From: an uncultured bacterium
GTDB lineage: Bacteria > Abyssobacteria > SURF-5
NCBI GenBank assembly: GCA_964510165.1
Contig: CAZEBC010000006.1
Location: 1-30,349 of the forward strand
DNA: 30,349 nt
Direction: 5' to 3'
Shown: in pieces, positions 8,049 through 18,914 of the stretch
Layout of the letters: each line of letters opens with the position of its first letter
How positions within the stretch are numbered: the stretch's first letter is position 1
Program-made: the position numbers and the translations under genes
The notes under the pieces: model-generated
What the model was told of the DNA's origin: nothing
The model's database searches: none
Seen by the model: the letters and a program-made list of their open reading frames with translations, nothing else

Positions 8049-11000
8049 TTATAGGTGCGTGTCCAGCACGGTCCGGAGTCTGGACAGTAATTCATGGGTC
8101 TGATAAGGCTTTTGAAGAAAGCCCAACACGCCGCTGTCCAGTATCTCCTGCGCCTTCCCGTTCTGGCTGTATCCCGTTGACAATAATGCCTTTACCTTTG
8201 GATTCAGCTCCTTCAACCTCTGGAATGTCTCGCGTCCACCCATCTTCGGCATCACCATGTCCAAAATCACAAGGTCAATCCTCTCCCCCATCTCACGGTA
8301 AATCCTGACCGCCTCCTCGCCGTTCTCAGCCACAAGCACACAATAGCCGTAGCTTTCGAGCGTGTCCTTTACGAGCGACCGTATCGTCTCCTCATCATCC
8401 ACGACAAGGACTCTTTCTTCTCCGCCCCTCGCGACCGCGGTTACCGGCGCTTCCACATGCTCCGGAGCGCCATGTGCGGGAAGATAAACCTTGAAGGTCG
8501 TGCCTGCCCCCGGCTCACTGTACACCCGGATCGAGCCGCCATGATTCTTCACCGCCCCGTACACCATCGCCAGCCCAAGCCCTGTACCCTTCCCCTTCTC
8601 CTTCGTCGTGAAGAACGGCTCGAATATCCGCTTGACCGTCTCCCTGTCCATCCCTATCCCCGTATCCGTTACCGAGACGATCACGTACTTGCCCGGCTTC
8701 GAACCCAAGTGCGTCCTCACATAGTCCTCACCCAACACCGATGTGCTCGTCTCAACGATCAGCTTGCCCCCGTGCGGCATCGCATCTCCCGCATTCACAA
8801 ACAGGTTCATCAGCACCTGCTGCATCTGCGCCGCATCCGCCTCCACCGTGGGAAGCTCCTCGCACAGATGCGTGGTGATCTCGATTGACTTGTCCAAGGT
8901 CCGCCCGATTATCTTCAGCGTCTCCTCGATCACCTTGTTCATGTTCACGGGCTTGGCGTCGTATTTGCCCCCGCGCGCAAACCCCAGGAGCTGAGAGGTG
9001 AGTTCCGCCGCCCTCATCGCGCTTCTCTCTATCGTGTCAACGTACTTGAAGTGGGGGTCGCCATCGGAAAGCTTGCTCTTGAGGAACGATGCATAGCCCA
9101 ATATCCCCCCGAGCAGGTTGTTGAAATCGTGCGCGATCCCGCCCGCAAGCGTCCCGATGCTTTCCATCTTCTGCGCCTGGAATAGCTGCTGCTCAAGCTG
9201 TTTCCGCTCCGTGATGTCACGAATGAATCCCCGGTAGGCCGATATCTCGCCGTTCTCTCCGTATAATGCGGTGGCCGTCACCAGGATATTTATCGGCTGG
9301 CCATCTTTTCTTTTCATCACCATTTCGTAGTCCTTCACATACCCCTTTTGGCTCATAATCTTCATCATTTTCAGCCGGTCGTCGGGGTTTGAATACACTT
9401 GCTTTATCACATTGACTTTCAGCATCTCTTCCTTCGAAGAGGCCCCGAAAAGTTTGACGGCCGCCGGGTTGATGTCAAGAATTCGCCCATCCGGCGTGGA
9501 GATATAGACGCCATCCATTGACTCCTCGAAAAGCGTCCTGTACTTTTCTTCGGATGTCCGTAGCAGTTCCTCGGCCCGTTTGCGCTCGGTGACGTCAATC
9601 AGGTTGACCAACACGGCGGGCTGGCCTTGATATTCGATGAGCGTGCCGAACGTTTCCACCCACAGGACCTTGCCGCTCTTGGTGACGCCGCGATACTGGT
9701 GCGGGACGGTGGGCGGCTCGCCCGACAGCCGCAGCGCCGCCAGTTGCAGCGCAAACTCCCTGTCATCTGGATGAACGATATTGACAAAAGGCATCTCCAG
9801 CAACTCTTGCTCGCTGTATTCCGACATCTCTGCAAGGCGTCTGTTCACGAACAGGCATCGATCCCCCCATACAATACAAATGCCGGTGAGCGAATTGTCC
9901 ACGAGCGCCCGGTAGCGCTTCTCCGATTCCTTGAGCGCCTGCTCCGCGAGTCTACGTTTGGTAATATCGCGTGTGACCCCGAGAATGCCGACCGGATTGC
10001 CTTCCGGATCGCGCAGGAACGTCATCGTGATCTCGGCCCAGATGGTTGAGCCGTCCTTGCACCTGTGTTCCAATTCAAGGGTCCGACATCTCGCGGGGTC
10101 TTTGTCGGGCCTTCGTTCTATTTCCAATTCCTCCGCTAGAACGCGCATGCCGAGTTGCAGTGAGTCTGGGGTCAAGGTCTGGTCCAGGCTCTCCGAAAGA
10201 GCTTCCTCGACTGACAATCCCCTCAGACGGGTCACGGAGGGACTTATATACGTGTACCTCATTTCCATGTCGGTCGTCCAGATAAGGTCCGTGACGTTTT
10301 CCGCGACCAGACGATACCGCTCCTCGCTCTTCCGAAGCGCTTCCTCCGTCCGTTTGCGCTCGGTAATGTCGATGGAGTTGACGAGTATGGCGGGCCTGCC
10401 GCGATACGTCAGGACGGCCCCCAGGGCTTCAACCCACTTTACCTCTCCGCCCTTTGCGAGCGAGCGATACTGATAGCGTTTGCTCGGCTCGTGTCCCGAG
10501 AGTCGTTCCACAATGGCCTGCCGCACAAACTCCCTGTCATCCGGATGAATCACATGCTCGACCGCCATCCCCTCCAATTCCTCGCGGAGGTAGCCCGACA
10601 TTTCGGTCAGATATGTATTGACAAAGTGGAATGTTCCGTCCTGGATAAGACAAATGGCGGTGAGCGAATTGTCCACAAGCAGACGATAGCGGGTTTCAGA
10701 TTCCCTCAATTCCTGTTCCGCGCGCTTTTGCTCGGTGATATCATAGAGGAAATTGAGGGTGGCCGGTTTGCCATTCCACTCAATCAAGACGGCATTGATA
10801 TGAGCGTATTTAACCTCGCCCGCCTTGTTTATGATCCTGAAATCATACGCGCTCGGGGGACTCTCCGCTTTCAACCTGCTCAAGTAGTTCTGGACGACCA
10901 GTTCGCGGTCATCCGTGTGAATGAACTCGAGGAATAGTCGCGACTTCAATTCTTCTTCAGAGTAACCCATTATCTCGACGGTCTTCTGATTGACGAACTT

Positions 11001-11834
11001 CAACTTCCCGTCCTGCGCAATGATTATGGCTTCGTTTGCGTTTTCGACGACCTGCCGATATTTCTTCTCTGACTCTTTCAGCGCCGCTTCCACACATGAG
11101 CGCTCTTCGATCTCCTGTCTGAGCAACCGATTGGCATCCGTGAGTTCCGCCGTGCGCTCGGCCACTGTTCTCTCCAACTCATTCATGTACCGCTCCAGCG
11201 TGGCCTGCATCTCCAGGATTTCCTCGTTCCTTTTCAGGAGAGCGTCCTTCTTCCGGATCAGTTGTTCGGATATGATACCGGATAGCAGTGCCGTTACAAA
11301 AAAGAGAAGATTATCGCTCACAAGCTTAAGGTAAAAGAATGATCTGCTGTCATGTGTGGGATTACCTAGGATCTGGTTGAAGTCGGAGGACCGAATCCAT
11401 CCATGAAACTCGGCAATGAGCAGACTCGAGTACAAGAGGGAACTCAGGACCGCGCTCGTAATACCGATAGTCAGCCCGTAAACCGACGCAGTCCCTATCA
11501 GAACAGTAACGTAAAGCCATTCAAAATGCGTCTCTATGCCGCCCAGATAGTGGATGCCCCAAGTGACAAGCAATACATCCGCCAGGGTCGCGGCGTAGGG
11601 ACGGTACTGCATTCCCCTCCCGCACACCACCCATAGAAACCACATTAAGTTGGTGAGAAGACCAGCCAGGAGAATGGTCAGCAGCGGAGGGAGCGCGGCC
11701 TCAATGTTGAGGGGAAAAGCCGTGGTCACAGCCAACACCAGGAAAAGTACAAGTGCCGTAAAGCGAATGGTAATCCCCTTCAATTTTGCCGGATCTTTAC
11801 GTCTAATCAGGTGGTAGTACTCCAGAATCTTCAT
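8049..11834 (-). CDS. Hybrid sensor histidine kinase: N-terminal multi-TM (PilS-like) region, 5 PAS domains, HisKA, HATPase_c, receiver
   Basis: Hydrophobic N-terminal ~190 aa, coiled coil, five (K/R)YRxLxxN/E...D(I/V)T repeats, H-box [43 protein letters not shown], receiver LVVDDE...LDMVMP...KP. Confidence 0.95.
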   Translation of the reverse strand: MKILEYYHLIRRKDPAKLKGITIRFTALVLFLVLAVTTAFPLNIEAALPPLLTILLAGLLTNLMWFLWVVCGRGMQYRPYAATLADVLLVTWGIHYLGGIETHFEWLYVTVLIGTASVYGLTIGITSAVLSSLLYSSLLIAEFHGWIRSSDFNQILGNPTHDSRSFFYLKLVSDNLLFFVTALLSGIISEQLIRKKDALLKRNEEILEMQATLERYMNELERTVAERTAELTDANRLLRQEIEERSCVEAALKESEKKYRQVVENANEAIIIAQDGKLKFVNQKTVEIMGYSEEELKSRLFLEFIHTDDRELVVQNYLSRLKAESPPSAYDFRIINKAGEVKYAHINAVLIEWNGKPATLNFLYDITEQKRAEQELRESETRYRLLVDNSLTAICLIQDGTFHFVNTYLTEMSGYLREELEGMAVEHVIHPDDREFVRQAIVERLSGHEPSKRYQYRSLAKGGEVKWVEALGAVLTYRGRPAILVNSIDITERKRTEEALRKSEERYRLVAENVTDLIWTTDMEMRYTYISPSVTRLRGLSVEEALSESLDQTLTPDSLQLGMRVLAEELEIERRPDKDPARCRTLELEHRCKDGSTIWAEITMTFLRDPEGNPVGILGVTRDITKRRLAEQALKESEKRYRALVDNSLTGICIVWGDRCLFVNRRLAEMSEYSEQELLEMPFVNIVHPDDREFALQLAALRLSGEPPTVPHQYRGVTKSGKVLWVETFGTLIEYQGQPAVLVNLIDVTERKRAEELLRTSEEKYRTLFEESMDGVYISTPDGRILDINPAAVKLFGASSKEEMLKVNVIKQVYSNPDDRLKMMKIMSQKGYVKDYEMVMKRKDGQPINILVTATALYGENGEISAYRGFIRDITERKQLEQQLFQAQKMESIGTLAGGIAHDFNNLLGGILGYASFLKSKLSDGDPHFKYVDTIERSAMRAAELTSQLLGFARGGKYDAKPVNMNKVIEETLKIIGRTLDKSIEITTHLCEELPTVEADAAQMQQVLMNLFVNAGDAMPHGGKLIVETSTSVLGEDYVRTHLGSKPGKYVIVSVTDTGIGMDRETVKRIFEPFFTTKEKGKGTGLGLAMVYGAVKNHGGSIRVYSEPGAGTTFKVYLPAHGAPEHVEAPVTAVARGGEERVLVVDDEETIRSLVKDTLESYGYCVLVAENGEEAVRIYREMGERIDLVILDMVMPKMGGRETFQRLKELNPKVKALLSTGYSQNGKAQEILDSGVLGFLQKPYQTHELLSRLRTVLDTHL
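8092..9254. repeat. Direct repeat copy 1 (1163 bp): kinase and receiver module
   Basis: Matches 11914-13076 at constant offset 3822; ends located by eye; shadow ORFs in both copies translate identically. Confidence 0.92.
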
Positions 11835-11861
11835 CGAGCATTCCCATCATTCATTTCGCTG

Positions 11862-14800
11862 TCACTCACTTCTGCCACGGGCGTCCAGCACGCTCCTCAG
11901 CTTGGCCAACAGATCATGGGTCTGATAAGGCTTTTGAAGAAAGCCCAACACGCCGCTGTCCAGTATCTCCTGCGCCTTCCCGTTCTGGCTGTATCCCGTT
12001 GACAATAATGCCTTTACCTTTGGATTCAGCTCCTTCAACCTCTGGAATGTCTCGCGTCCACCCATCTTCGGCATCACCATGTCCAAAATCACAAGGTCAA
12101 TCCTCTCCCCCATCTCACGGTAAATCCTGACCGCCTCCTCGCCGTTCTCAGCCACAAGCACACAATAGCCGTAGCTTTCGAGCGTGTCCTTTACGAGCGA
12201 CCGTATCGTCTCCTCATCATCCACGACAAGGACTCTTTCTTCTCCGCCCCTCGCGACCGCGGTTACCGGCGCTTCCACATGCTCCGGAGCGCCATGTGCG
12301 GGAAGATAAACCTTGAAGGTCGTGCCTGCCCCCGGCTCACTGTACACCCGGATCGAGCCGCCATGATTCTTCACCGCCCCGTACACCATCGCCAGCCCAA
12401 GCCCTGTACCCTTCCCCTTCTCCTTCGTCGTGAAGAACGGCTCGAATATCCGCTTGACCGTCTCCCTGTCCATCCCTATCCCCGTATCCGTTACCGAGAC
12501 GATCACGTACTTGCCCGGCTTCGAACCCAAGTGCGTCCTCACATAGTCCTCACCCAACACCGATGTGCTCGTCTCAACGATCAGCTTGCCCCCGTGCGGC
12601 ATCGCATCTCCCGCATTCACAAACAGGTTCATCAGCACCTGCTGCATCTGCGCCGCATCCGCCTCCACCGTGGGAAGCTCCTCGCACAGATGCGTGGTGA
12701 TCTCGATTGACTTGTCCAAGGTCCGCCCGATTATCTTCAGCGTCTCCTCGATCACCTTGTTCATGTTCACGGGCTTGGCGTCGTATTTGCCCCCGCGCGC
12801 AAACCCCAGGAGCTGAGAGGTGAGTTCCGCCGCCCTCATCGCGCTTCTCTCTATCGTGTCAACGTACTTGAAGTGGGGGTCGCCATCGGAAAGCTTGCTC
12901 TTGAGGAACGATGCATAGCCCAATATCCCCCCGAGCAGGTTGTTGAAATCGTGCGCGATCCCGCCCGCAAGCGTCCCGATGCTTTCCATCTTCTGCGCCT
13001 GGAATAGCTGCTGCTCAAGCTGTTTCCGCTCCGTGATGTCACGAATGAATCCCCGGTAGGCCGATATCTCGCCGTTTTGGCCGCATACCGCATTGGCTGT
13101 CACGAGCACGCTTACCGGTCTGCCGTCCTTCCGCTTCAACGACATCTCGTAATCTTTCACATATCTCTGCCGCTCGATCAGCCTGCGGTAACTCTCACGC
13201 TCCAGGGGATTGAGAAACAGGTCCCCGGCTATATCGATCTTCAACATCTCTTCCTTTGATGAATATCCGAACAACTCCACGCCCGCGGGATTGATGTCAA
13301 GGAACCGTCCCTGCGGGGTGCTCATGAAGACTACGTCTCTTGATTCCTCAAAGAGAGTGCGGTACTTCTCTTCCGACGCCCTGAGCAACTCCTCGGCGCG
13401 CCTCCGCTCGGAAATGTCGCGCACAATCCCCCGGAAGCCTATCGGAGTTCCTTGTTCGTCACGCACGAGCGAAATGCTATACTCCACCGGTTTCTTCGCG
13501 CCGTCTCGTGTCGTGACCTCACACATAAATCCCTTGTTGTGTTGGCCGGTCGTAAAGACAGCGTTGAATGCCTGGAATAATCTCCGCGCATTCTCCCCGT
13601 CCACGTACGTGCGGTAATTCATGCCGATTATTTCATCCTTGGAGTAACCGAGGACCTTGCATATCACGCCGTTGAACAGCACGAAGTTGCCGCTCAGGTC
13701 GACCTCGTAGAAGCCGTCCTCGATATTCTCAAGCAATGTCCTATACTTCTCCTCGGAAGCCCTGAGTTGCCGTTCGGTTCGTATGCGCTCGGTTATGTCG
13801 CGTGCAACCCCAAGAACGGTCCGCGGCTGACCGTCTCCTCCCAAGAGGGTGACTTGCGCTTCCACCGGTATCACTCGCCCATCGCTGGCTTTCACCTGGT
13901 AAATCTCAGGCTGAGGATGCTTTCCCTCGAGCAAGTCGCCTATCACCCGAAACGCCGTCTCCAGCCCTTCTTGGTCGAGCAACTCATTCAGCTTGATTCT
14001 CATGAATCGATCCGCCGAATATCCGAGCGATTCGAGCGCATGCCGGTTTGCCCAATTAATCGTTCCGTCGAGGTCCAACTCATACACCAGATCGGGAATC
14101 GCATCGAGTATGGCGGAGTGGCGCTTCTCCTTCGCTCGGAGCGCCTCCTCAGCTCGCTTCCGTGCGGTCACATCGCGCAACAGGAGGATTGTGGCCGCCG
14201 GCCGCCCTCTCCAGTCCATCAACGGCGACAAACGCATATCGCAGGTCCTCTGCGCGCCGTCCATTTCAAGAACCACTTCCGTGTTCCCCGGACAGTCCTC
14301 GAGACTGATTGTCCCGGGCCACGCCGCCTCAAAGGAGTGACCGATTATCTCCGAATCGGTCCTCCCGATCAATCGCTGACCAGCCGGATTTATGTCTATC
14401 ACAACCCCGTGTCGGTCCAACAGAATGATGGCGTCATTCATGTTTTCGATCACGGCCTCTCGCGCGATCGGGATAATGTCTATGAGATGCAACCGAAACA
14501 CGCACCACGCCAGAATCAGGCCGCATATGCTCAGTCCCAATATCTCGAGGTCGAGAAACGAATACGGATTGAGCCTTGTAATCGTCAGGATTCGCCCCAT
14601 TCCGGGAATGAACGTGCCAAGTAACAGCAGAGCCGCCTGCCACTTGTAAAGGTGGGATGAGCGGATGAATGTCTCGGCGAGAAATGCGGCGCTCATTATC
14701 AACAACACGTAGATATAGGAGAACATCGCCCAAAAGCCGATCCCAAACTCCTTCTTCAGCTCGAGGAACGGATAGCCCGGCAGAATCTCGGCACTTGTCC

Positions 14801-15185
14801 ACATCAGCCCATGGGCGCTATTTGTTAAAACGAGGACCCATACAAAGGCGGCCGTCAGCCCAAGGAAAACCATCGTCTTTCGCGAGAGCCATTGCTCGCG
14901 CCCCGTATACTGCAAGACAAACGCAAACCACGCGGTCGGGGCGGTCACAATACCCAGATACTGCGTCTTATTCCAGAAAAGCTTGCCGGCTAACGTGTTC
15001 GCGCTCAACTCTAACGCATAGCACAGAATCCACTCCGCGCTCGCAAAGATGAACAGGGCCGCCGTCTTTGAGCCCGGCGCGTCTTTTCGCCAGGCCACGT
15101 ACGCTCCCAAGAGCGTCATGCCCAACGCCACAGCTAGAAGTAAGACGGTAAACGGCTCGTTCTGCCACGACATCAATTCCATCAT
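11862..15185 (-). CDS. Hybrid sensor histidine kinase: HisKA_7TM-like N-terminal region, 4 PAS domains, HisKA, HATPase_c, receiver
   Basis: N-terminal 7TM pattern ([52 protein letters not shown]), four PAS repeats, same HisKA/HATPase/REC as the neighbour. Confidence 0.95.
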   Translation of the reverse strand: MMELMSWQNEPFTVLLLAVALGMTLLGAYVAWRKDAPGSKTAALFIFASAEWILCYALELSANTLAGKLFWNKTQYLGIVTAPTAWFAFVLQYTGREQWLSRKTMVFLGLTAAFVWVLVLTNSAHGLMWTSAEILPGYPFLELKKEFGIGFWAMFSYIYVLLIMSAAFLAETFIRSSHLYKWQAALLLLGTFIPGMGRILTITRLNPYSFLDLEILGLSICGLILAWCVFRLHLIDIIPIAREAVIENMNDAIILLDRHGVVIDINPAGQRLIGRTDSEIIGHSFEAAWPGTISLEDCPGNTEVVLEMDGAQRTCDMRLSPLMDWRGRPAATILLLRDVTARKRAEEALRAKEKRHSAILDAIPDLVYELDLDGTINWANRHALESLGYSADRFMRIKLNELLDQEGLETAFRVIGDLLEGKHPQPEIYQVKASDGRVIPVEAQVTLLGGDGQPRTVLGVARDITERIRTERQLRASEEKYRTLLENIEDGFYEVDLSGNFVLFNGVICKVLGYSKDEIIGMNYRTYVDGENARRLFQAFNAVFTTGQHNKGFMCEVTTRDGAKKPVEYSISLVRDEQGTPIGFRGIVRDISERRRAEELLRASEEKYRTLFEESRDVVFMSTPQGRFLDINPAGVELFGYSSKEEMLKIDIAGDLFLNPLERESYRRLIERQRYVKDYEMSLKRKDGRPVSVLVTANAVCGQNGEISAYRGFIRDITERKQLEQQLFQAQKMESIGTLAGGIAHDFNNLLGGILGYASFLKSKLSDGDPHFKYVDTIERSAMRAAELTSQLLGFARGGKYDAKPVNMNKVIEETLKIIGRTLDKSIEITTHLCEELPTVEADAAQMQQVLMNLFVNAGDAMPHGGKLIVETSTSVLGEDYVRTHLGSKPGKYVIVSVTDTGIGMDRETVKRIFEPFFTTKEKGKGTGLGLAMVYGAVKNHGGSIRVYSEPGAGTTFKVYLPAHGAPEHVEAPVTAVARGGEERVLVVDDEETIRSLVKDTLESYGYCVLVAENGEEAVRIYREMGERIDLVILDMVMPKMGGRETFQRLKELNPKVKALLSTGYSQNGKAQEILDSGVLGFLQKPYQTHDLLAKLRSVLDARGRSE
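11914..13076. repeat. Direct repeat copy 2 (1163 bp): kinase and receiver module
   Basis: Matches 8092-9254 at offset 3822. Confidence 0.92.
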
Positions 15186-15533
15186 CTCGTCCCTTCACCC
15201 GTAGCGGCAAACCTCGTATTCGCCCTTTCGCGCGATACCCAGCGCGGGCGACATGCACGCAAGACATGCCTGACGCCTTCTCCAGGCAATAATCTATATG
15301 GCATATTCTGTGCCGAGCCAAGAAGTCTCCAGAAATCCTCATCCACACTGCGTAAGACATTATTTTATATTGACTTATGTGATATATCCATCCATGCGCA
15401 GATTTACGATCACCCGTATGACCTGCACATTTTTGAACAGAAAGCATCCAAGTAGCGCTTTCCATCGTTTTCGACTAAAATAGTCCGCAACATGAAGGTC
15501 ACTAAAGACGCCTTGTCAAGAAAAACCGATCCA

Positions 15534-15576
15534 TGTGACTTATGTCAAAGATTACCTGGGCGCAGACGGATATGAT
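15534..15576 (+). promoter_or_regulatory. HcpR/CRP-FNR-type binding site and -10 box of the hcp promoter
   Basis: TGTGA-cttatg-TCAAA (15534-15549), one mismatch to TGTGA-N6-TCACA; TATGAT at 15571-15576 places the site centre at about -41.5, the class II activator geometry. Confidence 0.75.
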
Positions 15577-15652
15577 GGTCTCAGTGATTCAGGAGCCGTA
15601 GTGAGCCTGATCTGTAGATTTCAACACACAGGAAATCAGAAGGAGGAAAACG

Positions 15653-17296
15653 ATGACGGAGTTGAACATGTTCTGCTATCAGTGCGAACAAGCCGCAAAG
15701 GGAGAGGGTTGCACCAAGGTCGGCGTCTGCGGAAAACAGCCCGATGTTTCCGCGCTGCAAGACCTGCTGATACACGCCCTCAAAGGCCTCTCGCTTTACG
15801 CAGTGGAAGGGCGCAAGGCGGGCATCAACGACCAGAAGATGAACGAATTCACGTGCAAGGCCCTCTTCGCCACGCTCACGAACGTCAATTTCGACGCCGA
15901 GCGCCTCGGCTCGCTCGTCCGACGCACCGTGGAGGCTAGGGACGAACTGAAAAAGAAAGTGGCCGCCGCAGGCGGAAAGGGCAATCTCACGCAGGCGCCC
16001 GCCACCTTCAAGCCGGCGCAGGACCTCGACGGTCTCATCCAACAAGGCAAGGCGGTCGGCCTCAAAGCGGATGACGGCCTTGACCCCAACATCCGCTCGC
16101 TCCAAAGCATACTGGTGTTCGGCATAAAGGGTGTCGCCGCCTACGCCGACCACGCACAGATACTCGGCCAGCGCGATGATTCCGTATATACGTTCATTCA
16201 CGAAGGACTCGCGGCAACCCTGAGAAATGACCTGAGCCTCGATGACTGGGTGAAGCTGGTCCTTCAGTGCGGCGAAGTGAACCTGAAGGTCATGGAACTT
16301 CTCGACGCCGCCAATACGGGAAAGTACGGTCATCCCGTTCCCACAAGAGTTTCGCTCGGCGACAGGAAGGGCAAGGCCATCGTCGTCTCCGGCCACGACC
16401 TCAAGGACCTCGAGGAAATCCTCAAGCAGACCCAGGGAAAGGGCATCAACGTTTACACCCACGGCGAGATGCTGCCCGCACACGGCTATCCCAGCCTCAA
16501 GAAATATCCGCACCTGGTCGGACACTATGGAACCGCATGGCAGAATCAGGCCCGCGAATTCGAGGAATTCCCGGGCGCTATCGTTATGACCACCAACTGC
16601 ATCCAGAAGCCGCGCGACTCCTATAAGGCTAACATCTTCACCTGCGGACAGGTCGGCTGGCCCGGCATCACCCATATCTCGGACGGAAACTTCGCGCCCG
16701 CCATCAACAAAGCCCTCGAGCTTCCCGGCTTCGCCGCCGACACGGACGGCAAGTGCGTCATGGTGGGCTTCGCCAGAAACGCGGTCCTCGGAGTGGCCGA
16801 CAAGGTCATCGAGGCCGTCAAGAGCGGCGCCATCCGCCACTTCTTCCTCGTCGCCGGCTGCGACGGCGCGAAGCCCGGCAGGAACTACTACACCAAATTC
16901 GTTGAGCAACTGCCGAACGATTGCGTCGTGCTCACGCTCGCGTGCGGCAAATTCCGCTTCTTCGACAAGGACCTCGGCACAATCGGCGGCATCCCCAGGC
17001 TGCTTGACGTCGGGCAGTGCAATGACGCCTACTCCGCCATTCAGATCGCGGTCGCGCTCTCGAAGGCGTTCAATGTCGGCGTCAACGAACTGCCGCTCTC
17101 GATGGTGCTCTCATGGTACGAGCAGAAGGCCGTCTCCATCCTGCTGACCCTGCTGCATCTGGGAATCAAGGGAATCCGGCTCGGCCCGAGCCTGCCGGCC
17201 TTCATCACGCCCGCCGTGCTCGACGTGCTGGTGAAGAATTTCGACATAAAACCCATCGCGACTCCAGAGGAAGACCTCCGCGCTATCCTCGGCTAA
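15653..17296 (+). CDS. hcp: Hybrid cluster protein (hydroxylamine/NO reductase)
   Basis: MFCYQCEQAAKGEGCTKVGVCGK, GIKGVAAYADHA, SGHDL, YTHGEMLPAHGYP, TTNC, GCDG, TLACGKFRF, GQCNDAYSA, SWYEQKA; SD AAGGAGG. Confidence 0.98.
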   Translation: MTELNMFCYQCEQAAKGEGCTKVGVCGKQPDVSALQDLLIHALKGLSLYAVEGRKAGINDQKMNEFTCKALFATLTNVNFDAERLGSLVRRTVEARDELKKKVAAAGGKGNLTQAPATFKPAQDLDGLIQQGKAVGLKADDGLDPNIRSLQSILVFGIKGVAAYADHAQILGQRDDSVYTFIHEGLAATLRNDLSLDDWVKLVLQCGEVNLKVMELLDAANTGKYGHPVPTRVSLGDRKGKAIVVSGHDLKDLEEILKQTQGKGINVYTHGEMLPAHGYPSLKKYPHLVGHYGTAWQNQAREFEEFPGAIVMTTNCIQKPRDSYKANIFTCGQVGWPGITHISDGNFAPAINKALELPGFAADTDGKCVMVGFARNAVLGVADKVIEAVKSGAIRHFFLVAGCDGAKPGRNYYTKFVEQLPNDCVVLTLACGKFRFFDKDLGTIGGIPRLLDVGQCNDAYSAIQIAVALSKAFNVGVNELPLSMVLSWYEQKAVSILLTLLHLGIKGIRLGPSLPAFITPAVLDVLVKNFDIKPIATPEEDLRAILG

Positions 17297-17338
17297 AAAG
17301 GTCGCATGAGAGATTGTTTCGCAATCCGGTGTTTGTGC

Positions 17339-17389
17339 GTAGGGGCGCCCTATGTGGGCACCCGGTCGGCCACACAGGGCCGCCCTTAC
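17339..17389. repeat. GTAG-type REP doublet (REPIN-like inverted pair)
   Basis: GTAGGGGCGCCCTATGTGGGCACCC (17339-17363) followed by an inverted degenerate copy whose reverse complement is GTAAGGGCGGCCCTGTGTGGCCGACC (17364-17389); lies between convergent genes. Confidence 0.7.
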
Positions 17390-17496
17390 AAATACGGGGC
17401 AATCGCATAGCTTTGAGCATGAGCAGGCCCGGTTTCGCGTTTCAAAAGGTTCGCGGGAGGTATCATGAACAAGAAGTCAATCGATAACGCGACGCT

Positions 17497-18534
17497 TCAA
17501 ATGATCGAGAAAGCGGAATGCGAGCATGTGTGCGCCGACCGATGATGCCGCCTCAGCAGGTCCTCGCCCCAATCGTCCTCAATGTCACGCCAGACAGTGT
17601 GAATATGGTTCGCATTGTTCTGCGTGTTGTCGTACTCGACCAGAAAACTGGGGCCATGCACGCGGTAGTAATGAGGACCGCCCGCCTTCGTTTCGCCCGC
17701 CCACGCGAAATGAAGATTCTGCTTCCCCTCGTTTTCTATGCGCTCCATCCGCAATTCCGCCACGTCGCGAGGAACCCGGAGCACGTATTCGCCCACCAGG
17801 TCCATTAGATGCGCCCGCTGCTCCTCGGTCATGTCTGCATACGAAAGCCCCGCCGGCTTGTCGAGAATCACCCGTGCGCTGTTATCCGTAAAGATATCCG
17901 GCGGCGCCTGCGAGTTGATGACGACCCTCTTCAATTGCGTATCATCCAGTGAGCCGAGAAGCTGGCGCGCGAGGTCTTCCTCCGCCGCGAGCACGCGCAG
18001 GCCTTCGAGCCGCCCGCCCGGCACGCGCGCCGGATTCGCCCCGAAGAAGTTGGGAGTCGGCGCGATCCGCTTCCCCTCAACCGCGAGGAAATTGATCGAA
18101 AGATGATGGCCCTCCACCCGCCACCCCCAAGGCGAATCGTCCGATGGTTCCCCGAACACGGAAACATGGTAAAGCTCAGGGTCTCTCATGAATCCCGGGC
18201 CACTCTCGCCTTCGAGTTCCCTCAACACGGCCTCCAGGCTCATTATCATGAGCGCCTTGGTGTTTCCCTGCCGGCTCAGGCCGCTCGCGAGCAGAGCGTG
18301 CGCAAGCTTCCGCTGGCTGCTGTCAAGCTGTTTCAGCGATATCCCCTTCCGTTCGCCCGGCCGATAGTCCCACTCCCGCCGAAACTCGCTCCGCACCGAA
18401 AAATGCGCCCTCTCCCTTTCCTCTGCGCCCAGCGATGCGAGAAACACGCTTGCAGCCTCGGCCATCCTTGCAGCCGTCTCTGAACACAATTCTATTGGAG
18501 TATTAACAACCGGCCCCGGCGATCTGATACGCAT
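17497..18534 (-). CDS. DUF3500-like protein (function unknown)
   Basis: Recognised pattern LSRQGNTKA, YHVSVFGEP, WGWRVEGHHLSINF, TPNFFGANP, HFAWAG, YYRVHGPSFLVEYDNTQNNANHIHTVWRD; SD GAGGGGG before ATG 18534. Confidence 0.85.
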   Translation of the reverse strand: MRIRSPGPVVNTPIELCSETAARMAEAASVFLASLGAEERERAHFSVRSEFRREWDYRPGERKGISLKQLDSSQRKLAHALLASGLSRQGNTKALMIMSLEAVLRELEGESGPGFMRDPELYHVSVFGEPSDDSPWGWRVEGHHLSINFLAVEGKRIAPTPNFFGANPARVPGGRLEGLRVLAAEEDLARQLLGSLDDTQLKRVVINSQAPPDIFTDNSARVILDKPAGLSYADMTEEQRAHLMDLVGEYVLRVPRDVAELRMERIENEGKQNLHFAWAGETKAGGPHYYRVHGPSFLVEYDNTQNNANHIHTVWRDIEDDWGEDLLRRHHRSAHTCSHSAFSII

Positions 18535-18630
18535 AAGTCCCCCTCACCAAACCATCCCCTACCGTCTAACCATTCATCTCAGTATGTCCACTTCTTACCG
18601 CGAAAGAAATCTGCCGACGGGTTGGCCGAT

Positions 18631-18659
18631 TTGACAATTGGGAGGGGGCAGTGTATTCT
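18631..18659 (+). promoter_or_regulatory. Sigma70 promoter for the long leader and RRM gene
   Basis: TTGACA (18631-18636), 17 nt, TATTCT (18654-18659); predicted start near 18666, the first base of a long terminal stem. Confidence 0.75.
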
Positions 18660-18665
18660 TACCTA

Positions 18666-18914
18666 AAGAGGGGAATACAATATCGATCTTTGAGCCAATA
18701 CGGGAGAACAGTTGAACTCAAGGCGACTAAGCCAGGCGAGTGGCTCACACCGTAAAATGTCGCACCACAGTGCGCTGACCAGCCTGACAGTGTACTCTCC
18801 GAGAGTCTGACCTTCATACCAAGGGACCTTTCAGAGTTTTCATGCGCTTCTTGAAGTCCGATAGAACTGAGGCCAGTAACGACGCGATTTCGGGGCAGCA
18901 TTGTTGCCTCTCTT
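18666..18914 (+). ncRNA. Candidate structured RNA domain (~250 nt), family not recognised
   Basis: Closing stem AAGAGGGG..ACAAT (18666-18681) with ATTGT..CCTCTCTT (18900-18914); several internal 5-7 bp helices; no credible ORF; starts at the predicted TSS. Confidence 0.5.

Noticed and set aside
8092-13076. 1163-bp direct repeats as IS or transposon ends
   Set aside because: The repeats encode kinase and receiver domains in frame; no transposase, terminal inverted repeats or target duplication.
15581-16909. 442-aa minus-strand ORF, and other long shadow ORFs (25330-26595, 22165-23160, 6567-7490, 13767-14624, 27172-28038)
   Set aside because: Antisense to well-recognised genes; typical of GC-rich codon bias and with no recognisable motifs.
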